Counted from the first letter of the stretch, positions 26,770-36,590 are shown. The stretch: 64,000 nt of DNA from Nodosilinea sp. WJT8-NPBG4 (GCA_019359285.1 JAHHHQ010000047.1:24903-88902); one strand, 5' to 3'. The notes: generated by a model from the letters alone, not told the origin. A program made the numbers and translations.

Positions 26770-27360
26770 ATGGCAGAATCGCTGCCGCTGGCGACTATTC
26801 AGGCTGCGGTGTTAGAGTTTTTGCGCGATCGCACCGACGCGGTAATCTTTGGGGCACAGGCCGTCAATGCTTGGGTGAGTGAACCCCGTATGACCCAGGA
26901 TATTGATTTAATCTCCCCCCGCGCCGCAGCATTGGCCGACGAGGTACGCCAGCTACTGGCCGATCAGTTCCAAATTGCCGTTCGCGTTCGAGAAATCAAA
27001 GCTGGATTGGGCTATCGAGTTTACCAACTACAAAAAACCGGCAATCGTCATCTGGTGGATATCAGACAAGTAGCAATTCTGCCCCCAGCCGAGTCTATCG
27101 CCTCTGTCTTAGTCATGGCACCAGCCACGCTGATTGCCTACAAGGTAGTTGCACTGCACCAGCGCCGGGGTAAGCCCAAAGCCGGTACCGATTGGCGCGA
27201 TGTTGCTATGCTGCTGCTGACCTTCCCAGATCTCAAAGTTGACCCAGGCCCAGTAACGAAAGAACTGATGGCTTTAAATGCAGCTCCTGAAGTTTTTGTG
27301 GCCTGGCAAGACTTAGTGCAGCAACCTATCCAGCCTGTGGATGACGACGATGATGTTTGA
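26770..27360 (+). CDS. Hypothetical protein with a minimal nucleotidyltransferase-fold signature
   Basis: VIFGAQAVNAWVSEPRMTQDIDLI fits the hG[GS]-x(9-13)-DxD NTase pattern. Start taken at ATG 26770. Confidence 0.5.
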   Translation: MAESLPLATIQAAVLEFLRDRTDAVIFGAQAVNAWVSEPRMTQDIDLISPRAAALADEVRQLLADQFQIAVRVREIKAGLGYRVYQLQKTGNRHLVDIRQVAILPPAESIASVLVMAPATLIAYKVVALHQRRGKPKAGTDWRDVAMLLLTFPDLKVDPGPVTKELMALNAAPEVFVAWQDLVQQPIQPVDDDDDV

Positions 27361-27364
27361 GCAA

Positions 27365-28306
27365 TTAGGGAACCAGGATGGTGCGAGGGACTAGGCTATT
27401 AGCGGCTGGTTGTGAACGAAGTTTGCGAGCCTGAGCCAGCAGTTGCCATGCCTCAGGCGACAGTGCGCCGGGGGCCAATAGGGAGATTCCAGCAGCAACC
27501 TGGCGCTGACGTAGGGCAACTAGGCCCCAGTGCAGGTGCAGGTATTGACCAATGGCGGCAAGGGTGGGAATGCGATCGCGGTAGCCCTCATTAACCCGGC
27601 CGTAGATACGTTCTTTGATGGTCAGATTCAGTGCCATGCGGCGGCTGAGCGACATTTTTTGCTCGTAGCCCCCGGCCCAGAGGGTGCGGTAGGCCAAACA
27701 CTCGTTAATAAACAGCGCGTCACCAAAGTCGGCCAGCTTTACCCAGGCATCGATGTCGTCGTAGTTGGTGGTCATGGTGGTGTCCCAGCCGCCCGCCTGC
27801 AAAAAGGCATCGCGGCGGGCCGCTACCTGAGCTGGGGTGCCAAAGGGCACCTGATCCATCAACATGCCGTAGTGGATGGCGCTCTGGGGAATGTAGAAGA
27901 CTTGGCCGGGGCCGGTGGCGGGAGTGCGGCGAATTTCAGTACCGTACTCGTCGACTTGAATGGCTTGGCAAGAGCAAAGGACGGCTTCGGGATGCTGGGC
28001 GATCGCTGCCGTCATCTTCTCAACGCAATCTGGTGCCAGATAGTCGTCATCATCCAGAAACTTAACCCACTCACCGCTGGCGGCGGCTACGCCATTGTTG
28101 ACCGTAGCGGCATGGTTAAGGTTTTGGGCATTGCGGTGGTAGACAACCTGACTGCCCAGACTGCGCACATAATCTTCAGTGCCGTCGGTGGAAGCATCGT
28201 CAGCGACCACGACTTCGCAGGGCACGGTTTGGTTCAGACCGCAGGCGATCGCTCGCTTCAGCAAGTCCAGCCGATTGTAGGTAGTAATTACCAAGCTAAA
28301 TTTCAT
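27365..28306 (-). CDS. Family 2 glycosyltransferase
   Basis: MKFSLVITTYNRLDLLKRAI...VVVADDASTDGT...FLDDDD are canonical GT2 (GT-A) motifs. Confidence 0.85.
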   Translation of the reverse strand: MKFSLVITTYNRLDLLKRAIACGLNQTVPCEVVVADDASTDGTEDYVRSLGSQVVYHRNAQNLNHAATVNNGVAAASGEWVKFLDDDDYLAPDCVEKMTAAIAQHPEAVLCSCQAIQVDEYGTEIRRTPATGPGQVFYIPQSAIHYGMLMDQVPFGTPAQVAARRDAFLQAGGWDTTMTTNYDDIDAWVKLADFGDALFINECLAYRTLWAGGYEQKMSLSRRMALNLTIKERIYGRVNEGYRDRIPTLAAIGQYLHLHWGLVALRQRQVAAGISLLAPGALSPEAWQLLAQARKLRSQPAANSLVPRTILVP

Positions 28307-28517
28307 GGCCGCCTCCCCAGGCCAGTAGGCCCAGCATTCCTAGTTAGGACATTGATTACGGCCTTAGCATGCCCTACCAGCAGAATAGATTACCAGGGGG
28401 TTAAGCCCTCGTAGAGGCTTCTGCCACGGGCAAAGAGATGGTCAAAGTTACGTTAAATCAGCCCATCAACAATAGGCTTATTTACGCTATTAGACTGACT
28501 ATCCTAGAAATACCTTC

Positions 28518-28548
28518 AACCCCTTCTCCCAAAACGGGAGAAGGGGTT
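28518..28548 (-). terminator. Hairpin downstream of the hemerythrin-domain gene
   Basis: AACCCCTTCTCCC-AAAAC-GGGAGAAGGGGTT is a perfect 13-bp stem with a 5-nt loop, ~90 nt after the stop at 28638. Confidence 0.4.
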
Positions 28549-28637
28549 AAAGGTTGTAGCTTGCTGCCCATAGGGCGAGACCAGCTTACGAAAGTTGGCT
28601 GCACTGAGTAGCGATGCTACATCGAGAAAAAGCGCTA

Positions 28638-29684
28638 TTACCTAGTAGCAGATGCCATTTCCCGCTGCAGCTTACCCTTGGCAGCTTTAAAGTCAGTTGC
28701 CATTTGCTCCTTTTGACTAGTGCTGCAATTCTTATCAATAGCGGCAAACATCGTAGACTCTTCCTGGCGAATATGATCGCCAACGGCGTCCATCAACTGT
28801 TTAACCTTTGACTTGAACTCATCAGTCGAAGCAGGGTCAATGGCTTTGATCTCATCCAACATGCGCTTCATTTCAGCTTGCTCATCGTACAGCTCTTGAG
28901 TATTCTCGTTGCCGTAGAATGAGCGCACGTTCGGATAGACGACTTCTTCTTCCGCCTCAGCATGGGCCAGCAAATCCTTATAGAGCTGCCCAAAAAACTC
29001 TTGGAGCTTTTGAGGGTCTTGGGTAGCGCCGATTTCGGTAAAGATAGTGTTTGTCTTGTTATGATCTAGCCGAATCAGGGTCTGAATATTCATATCCTGT
29101 TTGTCGGTATTTTGGGTCACCACACTACCAAATACCCCCGACAACGCGGCGATCGAATCTTGCACCCGTGCCCAAATCCCTTGATCGGCGTCTTGACCGG
29201 TCATCTCACGAACACCTACCTGTTCGAGCATCCCCTTAAGCTGCTCTTGGTGGGCACGCCCTTCAAAATTGACCGTATTCAAGGGTCCAATGGCTAATTC
29301 AATATCTGCTCCTACTTTCTGAGCTGCCTTGTGAATGATGATGCCGCTCATCGCTTGACCATGCTTCATCAATTCATGGTGCATGAGTTTTTGATAAAAG
29401 GTAAACTCATTGCCAGACATCATCTGCTCAAACTGTGAAACAAACGTTCCAGTTGCAGGGCTCGGCTCGGCTGGAACACCATACTGAACAATTACAGTTT
29501 CAATAATGCCAAGGTTTTTCTGGTCGTCCTCCAGAAAGTTCTGGAGACGTTCGCGAATATCTTGGTATGGGCAGGCCTCCATGAGCTTTTGATCATTCGA
29601 AATTATCAAATTTTGAAAGGCCTTTAGGTCTGCCAGCCTCTCGCCAATTAGCTGCCGTTTGGTATCGTCTAGTGTTGTAACCAT
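28638..29684 (-). CDS. Two-domain protein: N-terminal helical (ferritin-like?) domain plus C-terminal hemerythrin HHE cation-binding domain
   Basis: The C-terminal part has hemerythrin-type ligand spacing (LDHNK..., LLAHAEAEEEVVYP, GDHIRQEESTMF). ATG at 29684 (MVTTLDD). GC is visibly low (27/60 in 28861-28920). Confidence 0.7.
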   Translation of the reverse strand: MVTTLDDTKRQLIGERLADLKAFQNLIISNDQKLMEACPYQDIRERLQNFLEDDQKNLGIIETVIVQYGVPAEPSPATGTFVSQFEQMMSGNEFTFYQKLMHHELMKHGQAMSGIIIHKAAQKVGADIELAIGPLNTVNFEGRAHQEQLKGMLEQVGVREMTGQDADQGIWARVQDSIAALSGVFGSVVTQNTDKQDMNIQTLIRLDHNKTNTIFTEIGATQDPQKLQEFFGQLYKDLLAHAEAEEEVVYPNVRSFYGNENTQELYDEQAEMKRMLDEIKAIDPASTDEFKSKVKQLMDAVGDHIRQEESTMFAAIDKNCSTSQKEQMATDFKAAKGKLQREMASATR

Positions 29685-30531
29685 GATTGGATTTTTCTCT
29701 ACGAAACAACTGGATTCAAGCTTAGTTATCAGGTTTGGCAAAATCTAGGTGCCCCTGCAGAATCTACAGCAGTTCAAATAATTCTTAAATTCAGGATAGG
29801 CATCTTGCCTTACAGGTAAGACGCCTATTCCAAGAACAAGAATTTTTTCGAACTAGAAAAGTGCTATAAAATCATGGAGGTATGCCTATATCCCGCTTGG
29901 AGACATTGGGAAACTAAATTATCTATTGGTCAACAGAAAATACTCCTGTTAACCAAAGTCAAAAGGCACTAGGAAAAACTTATATAAGTCATCCTACGCC
30001 ATGATTTTGTAGGACAAAAAAGCTTGAACAACTTACCTCTAAACTTTAAATAGATACATCTTGCTCGTCTACCTAACCTGAGTCATAGGTTTTGGCATTG
30101 CCGCACAGGAGTAGGTATCCCTAAAGAACTAATCAAAAAGGAAAAGATTCGGATTTCGTTGGTAATTAGAGCGTTAGCTAGCGAAATCCAACAAAGCCCA
30201 CCAATGCTTAGGTTTCTCGGCTGGAGCTGCTGCGCAAGCACTTCAGTTTACTCAGCTTGTGAGCATTCCTGTTCTTTAGTTGGACATAGCACTAGAGCAG
30301 TTCGGCTGCTTTAACTCCAAAGGTTTGGCTTTGGTTTTGATGCGTGTGACTAAAACAGCGTTCAAACACACCAATCAGCATTGCAGAGATTTTATGAAAA
30401 TTCGAGGTTCTCCGCTGGCTCCAGCAGCCTCAGGATGCTTCCCGACCTCCTACCAGCAGAAGATTTACTGGGTTGGCACTCACCTTCCTATGAGCAAGCT
30501 GCGTTAATGCTGCAAACCGAGACTCCTTCAG

Positions 30532-30572
30532 GAGCCTTTTGCTTTGAGCCCAGGCCTAAGAGCAAAAGGCTC
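30532..30572 (-). terminator. Hairpin downstream of lepA
   Basis: GAGCCTTTTGCT (30532-30543) and AGCAAAAGGCTC (30561-30572) form a perfect 12-bp stem, ~75 nt after the lepA stop. No clear U-tract. Confidence 0.35.
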
Positions 30573-30645
30573 TAAGCCCAGCGTCGCTAAGACCAAACAC
30601 ACCTTGCAGATACTCTAGATCTAGCTAGCCCTTGCGCTCTCTAGA

Positions 30646-32451
30646 TTACGACAGCTTTAGCACCGCCATGAAGGCTTCTTGGGGTACGTCTACCGTACCG
30701 ATCGCCTTCAGACGCTTCTTACCCTTAGCCTGCTTTTGCAGCAGCTTCTTCTTCCGCGAAATATCGCCGCCATAGCACTTGGCCAGCACGTCTTTGCGCA
30801 GGGCCGGAATACTCTCGCTGGCCACTACTCGGCTGCCGATCGCCGCCTGAATCGGAATTTTGAACTGGTGGCGCGGAATCAGTTCTTTGAGCTTTTCGAC
30901 CAGGGCTTTGCCCACATAGTAGGCCTTGTCGCGGTGGACGATGGACGCTAGGGAATCGACCGGGTCGCCATTGATCAATACGTCGAGCCGCGACAGGTGG
31001 TTTTCTCGGTAGCCAATCAGGTGGTATTCCATACTGGCGTAACCCTTACTGCGCGACTTCATCTGGTCAAAAAAGTCGGTCACAACCTCGGCTAGGGGCA
31101 CCTCGTAGATCAAGGTGGTACGACCCTGGGCCAGGTATCTCATGTCTTTAAATTCGCCCCGACGGCCTTGGCAAAGCTCCATCAGCGCGCCCACATATTC
31201 TTCGGGGGTGATCATGTCGAGCTGAACGTAGGGCTCTTCAATCTTTTCGCGGGCCTGGGGGTCGGGCAGGGTGCTGGGGTTGTCGATTTCGAGCACCTCC
31301 CCCTTGAGGGTTGTGACTCGGTAGATTACCGAGGGCGCGGTAGTGATTAAATCCAGGTTGTACTCACGCTCTAGACGCTCCTGCACAATTTCCATGTGCA
31401 GCAGGCCCAAAAAGCCGCAGCGAAAGCCAAAGCCCATGGCGCTTGAGGTCTCTGGCTCGTACTGGAGGGCGGCGTCACTGAGGCGGAGCTTTTCGAGGGC
31501 CTCGCGCAGTTCCTCAAACTGGTCTGAAGCAGTGGGGAAGAGGCCACAAAACACCATCGGCTTGGCTTCGGCGTAGCCGGGCAAGGCTTCTGTGGCGGGG
31601 TTTTGCACCAGGGTTATGGTGTCACCGACGCGGGCATCTTCTACAGCCTTAATCGAGGCGGCAAAGTAACCGACTTCTCCTGCGTGGAGCTCGTCTACCT
31701 GAATTTGGGTGGGAGCAAGCACGCCCAGTTCGTCAATTTCATATTCTTTGCCTGAGGCCATGAGCCGCACTTTATCTTTGCGACGAATGCTGCCATCCAT
31801 GACGCGGAAATAGACGATCACGCCCCGGTAGCTGTCGTAGTAGCTGTCAAAGATCAGCGCTCGCAGGGGCTGATCGACGGTGTCAGCCGGGGGCGGCACC
31901 AGGTAAACGATAGATTCTAGAATTTCGTCGATGCCGATCCCCTCTTTAGCTGAGGCGAGAATGGCACCGCTGCAATCGAGGCCGATGATGTCCTCAATTT
32001 CCTGTCTGATGCGCTCGGGTTCGGCACCGGGTAGGTCAATTTTGTTGAGAACGGGAATGATTTCGAGGTTGTTCTCTAGGGCCAGATAGACGTTGGCCAG
32101 GGTTTGGGCTTCGACCCCCTGGGAGGCATCGACCACCAGCAGTGCCCCTTCGCAAGCGATTAAGGAACGCGACACCTCGTAGGAAAAATCGACGTGCCCT
32201 GGGGTATCGATCAAGTTAAGGACGTAGTCTTTGCCGTCCTTGGCCTTGTAGTTCATGCGGGCAGCCTGGAGCTTGATGGTGATGCCCCGCTCCCGCTCCA
32301 GATCCATACTGTCGAGGAACTGGGCCTTCATTTCGCGATCGCTGACGGTGCCGGTGCGCTGGAGCAGCCGGTCGGCCAGGGTCGATTTGCCATGGTCAAT
32401 GTGGGCAATAATCGAGAAATTGCGAATCTGAGAGACGGGAACCTCTGTCAT
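30646..32451 (-). CDS. lepA: Elongation factor 4 (LepA)
   Basis: [35 protein letters not shown] and the LepA-specific C-terminal domain. 601 aa. Confidence 0.97.
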   Translation of the reverse strand: MTEVPVSQIRNFSIIAHIDHGKSTLADRLLQRTGTVSDREMKAQFLDSMDLERERGITIKLQAARMNYKAKDGKDYVLNLIDTPGHVDFSYEVSRSLIACEGALLVVDASQGVEAQTLANVYLALENNLEIIPVLNKIDLPGAEPERIRQEIEDIIGLDCSGAILASAKEGIGIDEILESIVYLVPPPADTVDQPLRALIFDSYYDSYRGVIVYFRVMDGSIRRKDKVRLMASGKEYEIDELGVLAPTQIQVDELHAGEVGYFAASIKAVEDARVGDTITLVQNPATEALPGYAEAKPMVFCGLFPTASDQFEELREALEKLRLSDAALQYEPETSSAMGFGFRCGFLGLLHMEIVQERLEREYNLDLITTAPSVIYRVTTLKGEVLEIDNPSTLPDPQAREKIEEPYVQLDMITPEEYVGALMELCQGRRGEFKDMRYLAQGRTTLIYEVPLAEVVTDFFDQMKSRSKGYASMEYHLIGYRENHLSRLDVLINGDPVDSLASIVHRDKAYYVGKALVEKLKELIPRHQFKIPIQAAIGSRVVASESIPALRKDVLAKCYGGDISRKKKLLQKQAKGKKRLKAIGTVDVPQEAFMAVLKLS

Positions 32452-32533
32452 ACAAGGCTTACCAGCGGCATATAGTTCACAGACTTTAATATTGTAATCC
32501 CTTGTTTGGCGAATGCTCGGCGGAGGGAGGGGG

Positions 32534-32573
32534 GAGTGGATGGGTAGATGGGTATGTGAGTAAGTGGGTGGGA
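32534..32573 (+). repeat. Five tandem octamers of the GGGTGGAT family in the lepA leader / divergent intergenic region
   Basis: GAGTGGAT GGGTAGAT GGGTATGT GAGTAAGT GGGTGGGA. A short inverted-orientation copy ATCCACCC CATACCC lies at 32706-32720. Confidence 0.7.
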
Positions 32574-32739
32574 AGACGAGGAGATGAGGAAGATAGAGGG
32601 GGTTGGACTTGTTATGTCAAGGTCTTCAGACCGAATTCTGCGGGGGTTGTGGGTGCTAACGCCAAACCCACCTATGCCAGGGCTTAGACTGAATGGTAGA
32701 TTCTAATCCACCCCATACCCGGCAGTTAGGCCGCTCACT

Positions 32740-32973
32740 ATGCAACACTCTGCCTCTCCTTCCGGCGAGCGATCGGCGGAAAAAGTCGACCTCTCGGTGC
32801 AAATCGACAAGGACCTACTCGACCAGGTTACCCATCTTTCCCCTGATCCCAGCAAGGTGATCGATGTCGCCCTGCGCCAGTGGCTGCGGGGCGATCGCCG
32901 CTACGAAGACGATCTGGTGCGCCACCTGCCCCGCAACCCGACGGTGCCACCAAAAGGTGAGTGGAACGATTAG
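32740..32973 (+). CDS. Small protein, possibly ribbon-helix-helix
   Basis: 77 aa. LSVQIDKDLLDQVTHL...VIDVALRQWL fits a strand-helix-helix pattern. Lies upstream of a histidine kinase gene. Confidence 0.4.
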   Translation: MQHSASPSGERSAEKVDLSVQIDKDLLDQVTHLSPDPSKVIDVALRQWLRGDRRYEDDLVRHLPRNPTVPPKGEWND

Positions 32974-33103
32974 GTGTAGGCAGAACTGGGTTTAAGGTAT
33001 GGGGTGTAGGGTTTCAAGGGGTAGCCTTAGACCCTATACTTAGCGCCCTAAACCTTTCTAATTCCATCTCAACTAGAACCATCGGTGCGATCGGTTAGTT
33101 ACC

Positions 33104-34942
33104 ATGGGAGCGTTCCGGCCTCTTACCCCTATGCGATCGCGACCTTCTTTCCCGACCTTGGCGGCGGCCAGCCCAGCGGATGCTATTTCCGCCTGGATTA
33201 TGGTGCTTAGCCCTACGGCGGTGGTGGAGTCCATTCAAACCGTAGGGGTCAACGCTTTGCCGGAGGCGCTAACGGCTAACTGGGTGGGGCGATCGCTGGC
33301 CGAAATCGTTTCCTTTGCCACCCCCCATGCCCTGGGCCAGGCGCTCGAAAGCTTAGCTACCCGCCAAGAGCTGGTGCAGCTGCCGGGGCGCTGCCCGTTG
33401 GGATCCCACAGTATTGATGTGCAGTGGGTGCTTCAACCCCTCATCGGCCTAAATGGTCAGCTATTTCGTATTGCCGCCACGGGCTACCTGGCCGACCTGC
33501 ACGGGTTGGCAGGTAGTCCTTGGCTGCGGGCCTTAGACGTTCCCGCCGTGGTTCAAGAGACCTTGCCTGGGGCCTGCGCCCAGCTGCAAACCTACTCGCC
33601 CCGCCTCACTCAAATCACCCGCAACGTTCGCTGGACGCTGGATCTAGAAATTATTCGCCAGCAGACGGTGGAGGGGCTGGGCGACCTGTTTGGAGTGAGC
33701 CGCTGCCTAGTATGCAGTTGCGAGGCTGCCCCGAATATGGCACCTGAGTCGGCCATAGTAGCGGCTGAGTATGTGCGATTGGGTGATTTGCCCAGTTGGC
33801 AGGGGCAGGTGTGGTCGCTGGCCAAAACGCCCGTCCTTAGAGCGGCTGCCCAGTCCTCGGTGGCGGTGGTGCCGCCGCGACAGCCCGCTGACCCATCTAT
33901 CGTGGCAGTGGCTACTCGCTACCAAAACGCCATCAACGGCTTTATTGTCCTCCACGATCGCCCCGATCGCCCCTGGTCAGACACCGAGCTACATTTGCTC
34001 ACTGACCTGGCCGATCAGGTGGGTACGGCGATCGCCCACGCCACCCTATTTGGCGAAAGCCATGCCCTCGCGATCAAACTCCAGCAGGCCAACGCCAGCC
34101 TGATGGAAAAGCAGCTTGAGTTTCAGGAGGCTCGCCGCCAGGCTGAAGAAGCCCGCCAGCAGGCCGAAGAAGCCTCGCGCCTGAAAAGCGAATTTTTGGC
34201 CAACACCTCCCACGAGCTGCGCACTCCCCTTAACGGCATGATTGGCTTTCTCAAGCTGGTGCTCGACGGCATGGCCGACGACCCCGCCGAGCAGGAAGAA
34301 TTTTTAGCCGAGGCCCACAAGTCAGCACTTCACCTGCTGCAACTGATAAACGATGTGCTCGACATTGCCAAGATTGAAGCGGGCAAAATGCAGATCGACA
34401 TGGGGCCGATTAGCCTCAAGGAGCTGCTGGCCAATGCCGAAAACTTTATGCGTCCGCTCTCTGACCAAAAGAATTTGTACCTGGAGATTTTGCTTCCTGC
34501 CACCCGCGACGACATCACTGTCAACGGCAACTACCAGCGCTTGCTCCAGGTGCTCATGAACCTCATGAGCAACGCTATCAAGTTCACCCACGAGGGCGGG
34601 GTCACTATCAGCGCCGAGGTGAAGCCCCAAAAGGTGGAATATCAGGGCAAAACCTGGCCCGGTCTAGTCAAAATTAGCGTGGCCGACACGGGCATTGGCG
34701 TTTCCCTCGAAAAGCAGGATCGCCTGTTTCAAAGCTTTAGCCAGGTAGATGGCGATCGCACCCGTCAGTATGGCGGCACTGGCCTGGGGCTAGCGATTTC
34801 CCAGCGTCTGGTGGAGGCCATGGGCGGCGTGGTGCAGTTCATCAGCATGGGCGAAGGGCTAGGCTCCACGGTGACCTTTACGGCACTGCTCTACCAGAAG
34901 CCCGTAGTGATTGACAAAGAGCCGGTGTATCCGGCGAAGTAA
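33104..34942 (+). CDS. Soluble sensor histidine kinase (PAS-like and GAF domains, coiled coil, HisKA, HATPase_c)
   Basis: H-box FLANTSHELRTPLNGMIGF. NLMSNAIKFT, DTGIGV and GGTGLGLAISQRLV. GAF-like segment ...IVAVATRYQNAINGFIVLHDR...WSDTELHLLTDLADQVGTAIAHA. Confidence 0.85.
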   Translation: MGAFRPLTPMRSRPSFPTLAAASPADAISAWIMVLSPTAVVESIQTVGVNALPEALTANWVGRSLAEIVSFATPHALGQALESLATRQELVQLPGRCPLGSHSIDVQWVLQPLIGLNGQLFRIAATGYLADLHGLAGSPWLRALDVPAVVQETLPGACAQLQTYSPRLTQITRNVRWTLDLEIIRQQTVEGLGDLFGVSRCLVCSCEAAPNMAPESAIVAAEYVRLGDLPSWQGQVWSLAKTPVLRAAAQSSVAVVPPRQPADPSIVAVATRYQNAINGFIVLHDRPDRPWSDTELHLLTDLADQVGTAIAHATLFGESHALAIKLQQANASLMEKQLEFQEARRQAEEARQQAEEASRLKSEFLANTSHELRTPLNGMIGFLKLVLDGMADDPAEQEEFLAEAHKSALHLLQLINDVLDIAKIEAGKMQIDMGPISLKELLANAENFMRPLSDQKNLYLEILLPATRDDITVNGNYQRLLQVLMNLMSNAIKFTHEGGVTISAEVKPQKVEYQGKTWPGLVKISVADTGIGVSLEKQDRLFQSFSQVDGDRTRQYGGTGLGLAISQRLVEAMGGVVQFISMGEGLGSTVTFTALLYQKPVVIDKEPVYPAK

Positions 34943-34992
34943 GTGGCATCTTTGAATTTGCGAAAGAATCACCAACGGGTGACTCGCAGGTT

Positions 34993-35238
34993 TCACAGGG
35001 ATTTCACAGGTACCTGGAGATATTGATCAGGCATTTCGGTATTGTTGCGAATAGCAAAAAACTGACGCTCGATATTCTTCAGAACTTCAGCGCTGTAATA
35101 GACTGTGCCACAGTCACTGCAAATCTCCACCGGAGTATTGGGGACAATTAAGTATTGCCCTTGATGACTGTACAAATAAGTAACTCGGCGTTCTTCGTAG
35201 CCAGCACTACCGCAGGTGTTGCATTTAATATCTCGCAT
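34993..35238 (-). CDS. YgiT-type zinc-finger protein (MqsA N-domain-like putative antitoxin, no HTH domain)
   Basis: CNTCGS...CSDCG four-Cys zinc ribbon. 81 aa. Lies 3 nt downstream of the DUF4258 gene. Confidence 0.7.
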   Translation of the reverse strand: MRDIKCNTCGSAGYEERRVTYLYSHQGQYLIVPNTPVEICSDCGTVYYSAEVLKNIERQFFAIRNNTEMPDQYLQVPVKSL

Positions 35239-35241
35239 CGC

Positions 35242-35541
35242 TTAAGCCCTTGTTTTTGGATCAATAAATTTGGGCGGCCCTGGTATGTAGACTGTGATAA
35301 CGGCAACTCGCTCCCCTCGCCAGCCGCAGACAACGTGAATGGGAAAATTACCGGAATAGCCGAGAATTAAGCAACTTTCGCCACGACCTGTATCTGGATA
35401 TTGCTCTAGAACCTCTCCATTTAATAAAGCTTCTTCTACCTGCATTAAGGTTAAATCGTCGGCTTTGCGCTCAATGTCTGCATGGGAGGTGTAGACATAT
35501 TCCTCAGCGCGAATTTTCTCTTGAATGCCCTCAATATCCAT
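35242..35541 (-). CDS. DUF4258-family protein (putative toxin)
   Basis: YTSHADIERKADDLTLMQVEEALLNGEVLEQYPDTGRGESCLILGYSGNFPIHVVCGW...VITVYIPGPP follows the DUF4258 pattern as I recall it. Confidence 0.65.
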   Translation of the reverse strand: MDIEGIQEKIRAEEYVYTSHADIERKADDLTLMQVEEALLNGEVLEQYPDTGRGESCLILGYSGNFPIHVVCGWRGERVAVITVYIPGPPKFIDPKTRA

Positions 35542-35662
35542 TTTGCCACCCCATCATCTATCTACCCATCTGCTACTCTGCTAGCTTCCAGGCTCCAAAC
35601 ATACTCTTCGCAGACCTTGCAGGCAGACATAAACGGCTTGCGATCGGCAACCCGGTTTCTAC

Positions 35663-36505
35663 CTAGCCTAGGTAGGCAGGTCGGGCTGCTTGCGACCGGG
35701 TTAACTGGCTATACAGATCATCCCAGTTCTCCGTTTCAATTAGGGCTTTCATCTGCTCTAGCTGTTGCTGGTACCCGGTCAGAGCGTCCAGCAGTGCCAC
35801 GCGGTTGTGGCGGGCCATCAACGTACCTAGCTCAGGCATACCGCCACCCACCCGGCTGGTGTCTTGAAAGCCCGAGCTAGCTAGGGATTGAGCAAGCGTG
35901 AGAATGTTGGGCTCAGATTCCCCTTGGCAGGCGAGAATTAAGCTGCTGCTGACCATCACCGGCAGGTGCGAGATCCAGGCGACGGCGCGATCGTGCTGGT
36001 CGGGGTGGCACTGGCAGAGGTTAGCGCCGAGGCTTGCAGCGATCGCCCGCACCCGCTCCAACGCCTTTGGATTCGTTGCCGCAGTCGGGGTAAGCACGTA
36101 GGGGCGATCGCGAAACAACCCTGCCTCAGCGACCGCTAACCCCGCCTCGGCCTTGCCCGCCATTGGGTGCCCGCCCACAAAGCCGGGCCACAAAGCCTCC
36201 AGACTGGGGACAAGCTCCCCCTTCACCGACGCCACATCGGTGACCACCGCTCCCTCAGATAGATAGGGGGCGATCGCTGCCGCCGTAGCGACGACAGCAT
36301 CAATCGGGGTGCAGATAAACACCACATCAGCCTCCGATACCAGCGCCAACTCGGTACCGGCCTCGGTCACGGCTCCCATCGCCAGAGCCTCCTCGGCGGT
36401 GGTGGCGCGACGGGCAATGCCCACGACGGGATGACCGTACCGGGTCAAATCGAGCCCCAGCGATCCGCCAATTAGGCCCAAACCAATGATGGCAATGCGT
36501 TCCAT
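35663..36505 (-). CDS. tyrA: Arogenate/prephenate dehydrogenase
   Basis: MERIAIIGLGLIGGSLGLDL Rossmann start, HPMAG motif and a 280-aa length typical of cyanobacterial TyrA. Confidence 0.9.
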   Translation of the reverse strand: MERIAIIGLGLIGGSLGLDLTRYGHPVVGIARRATTAEEALAMGAVTEAGTELALVSEADVVFICTPIDAVVATAAAIAPYLSEGAVVTDVASVKGELVPSLEALWPGFVGGHPMAGKAEAGLAVAEAGLFRDRPYVLTPTAATNPKALERVRAIAASLGANLCQCHPDQHDRAVAWISHLPVMVSSSLILACQGESEPNILTLAQSLASSGFQDTSRVGGGMPELGTLMARHNRVALLDALTGYQQQLEQMKALIETENWDDLYSQLTRSQAARPAYLG

Positions 36506-36590
36506 AGCTGTAACCCCTTACCCACAGCAAACCCTATCAGCATATCGGTGGGGGGATACCTAGAGACCCCAACCAGTCATCTATGCGACA

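Noticed and set aside
27530-28414. 294-aa plus-strand ORF antisense to the glycosyltransferase gene
   Set aside because: The minus-strand frame carries unmistakable GT2 motifs. The plus-strand translation is G/A/V-rich with no motifs, typical of a shadow ORF in GC-rich DNA.
30280-30575. Two overlapping 64-75-aa plus-strand ORFs in the AT-rich gap next to lepA
   Set aside because: They have no protein-like features or ribosome-binding sites, they are mutually overlapping frames, and they sit in DNA that looks non-coding. The region is kept as a finding, but not as CDSs.
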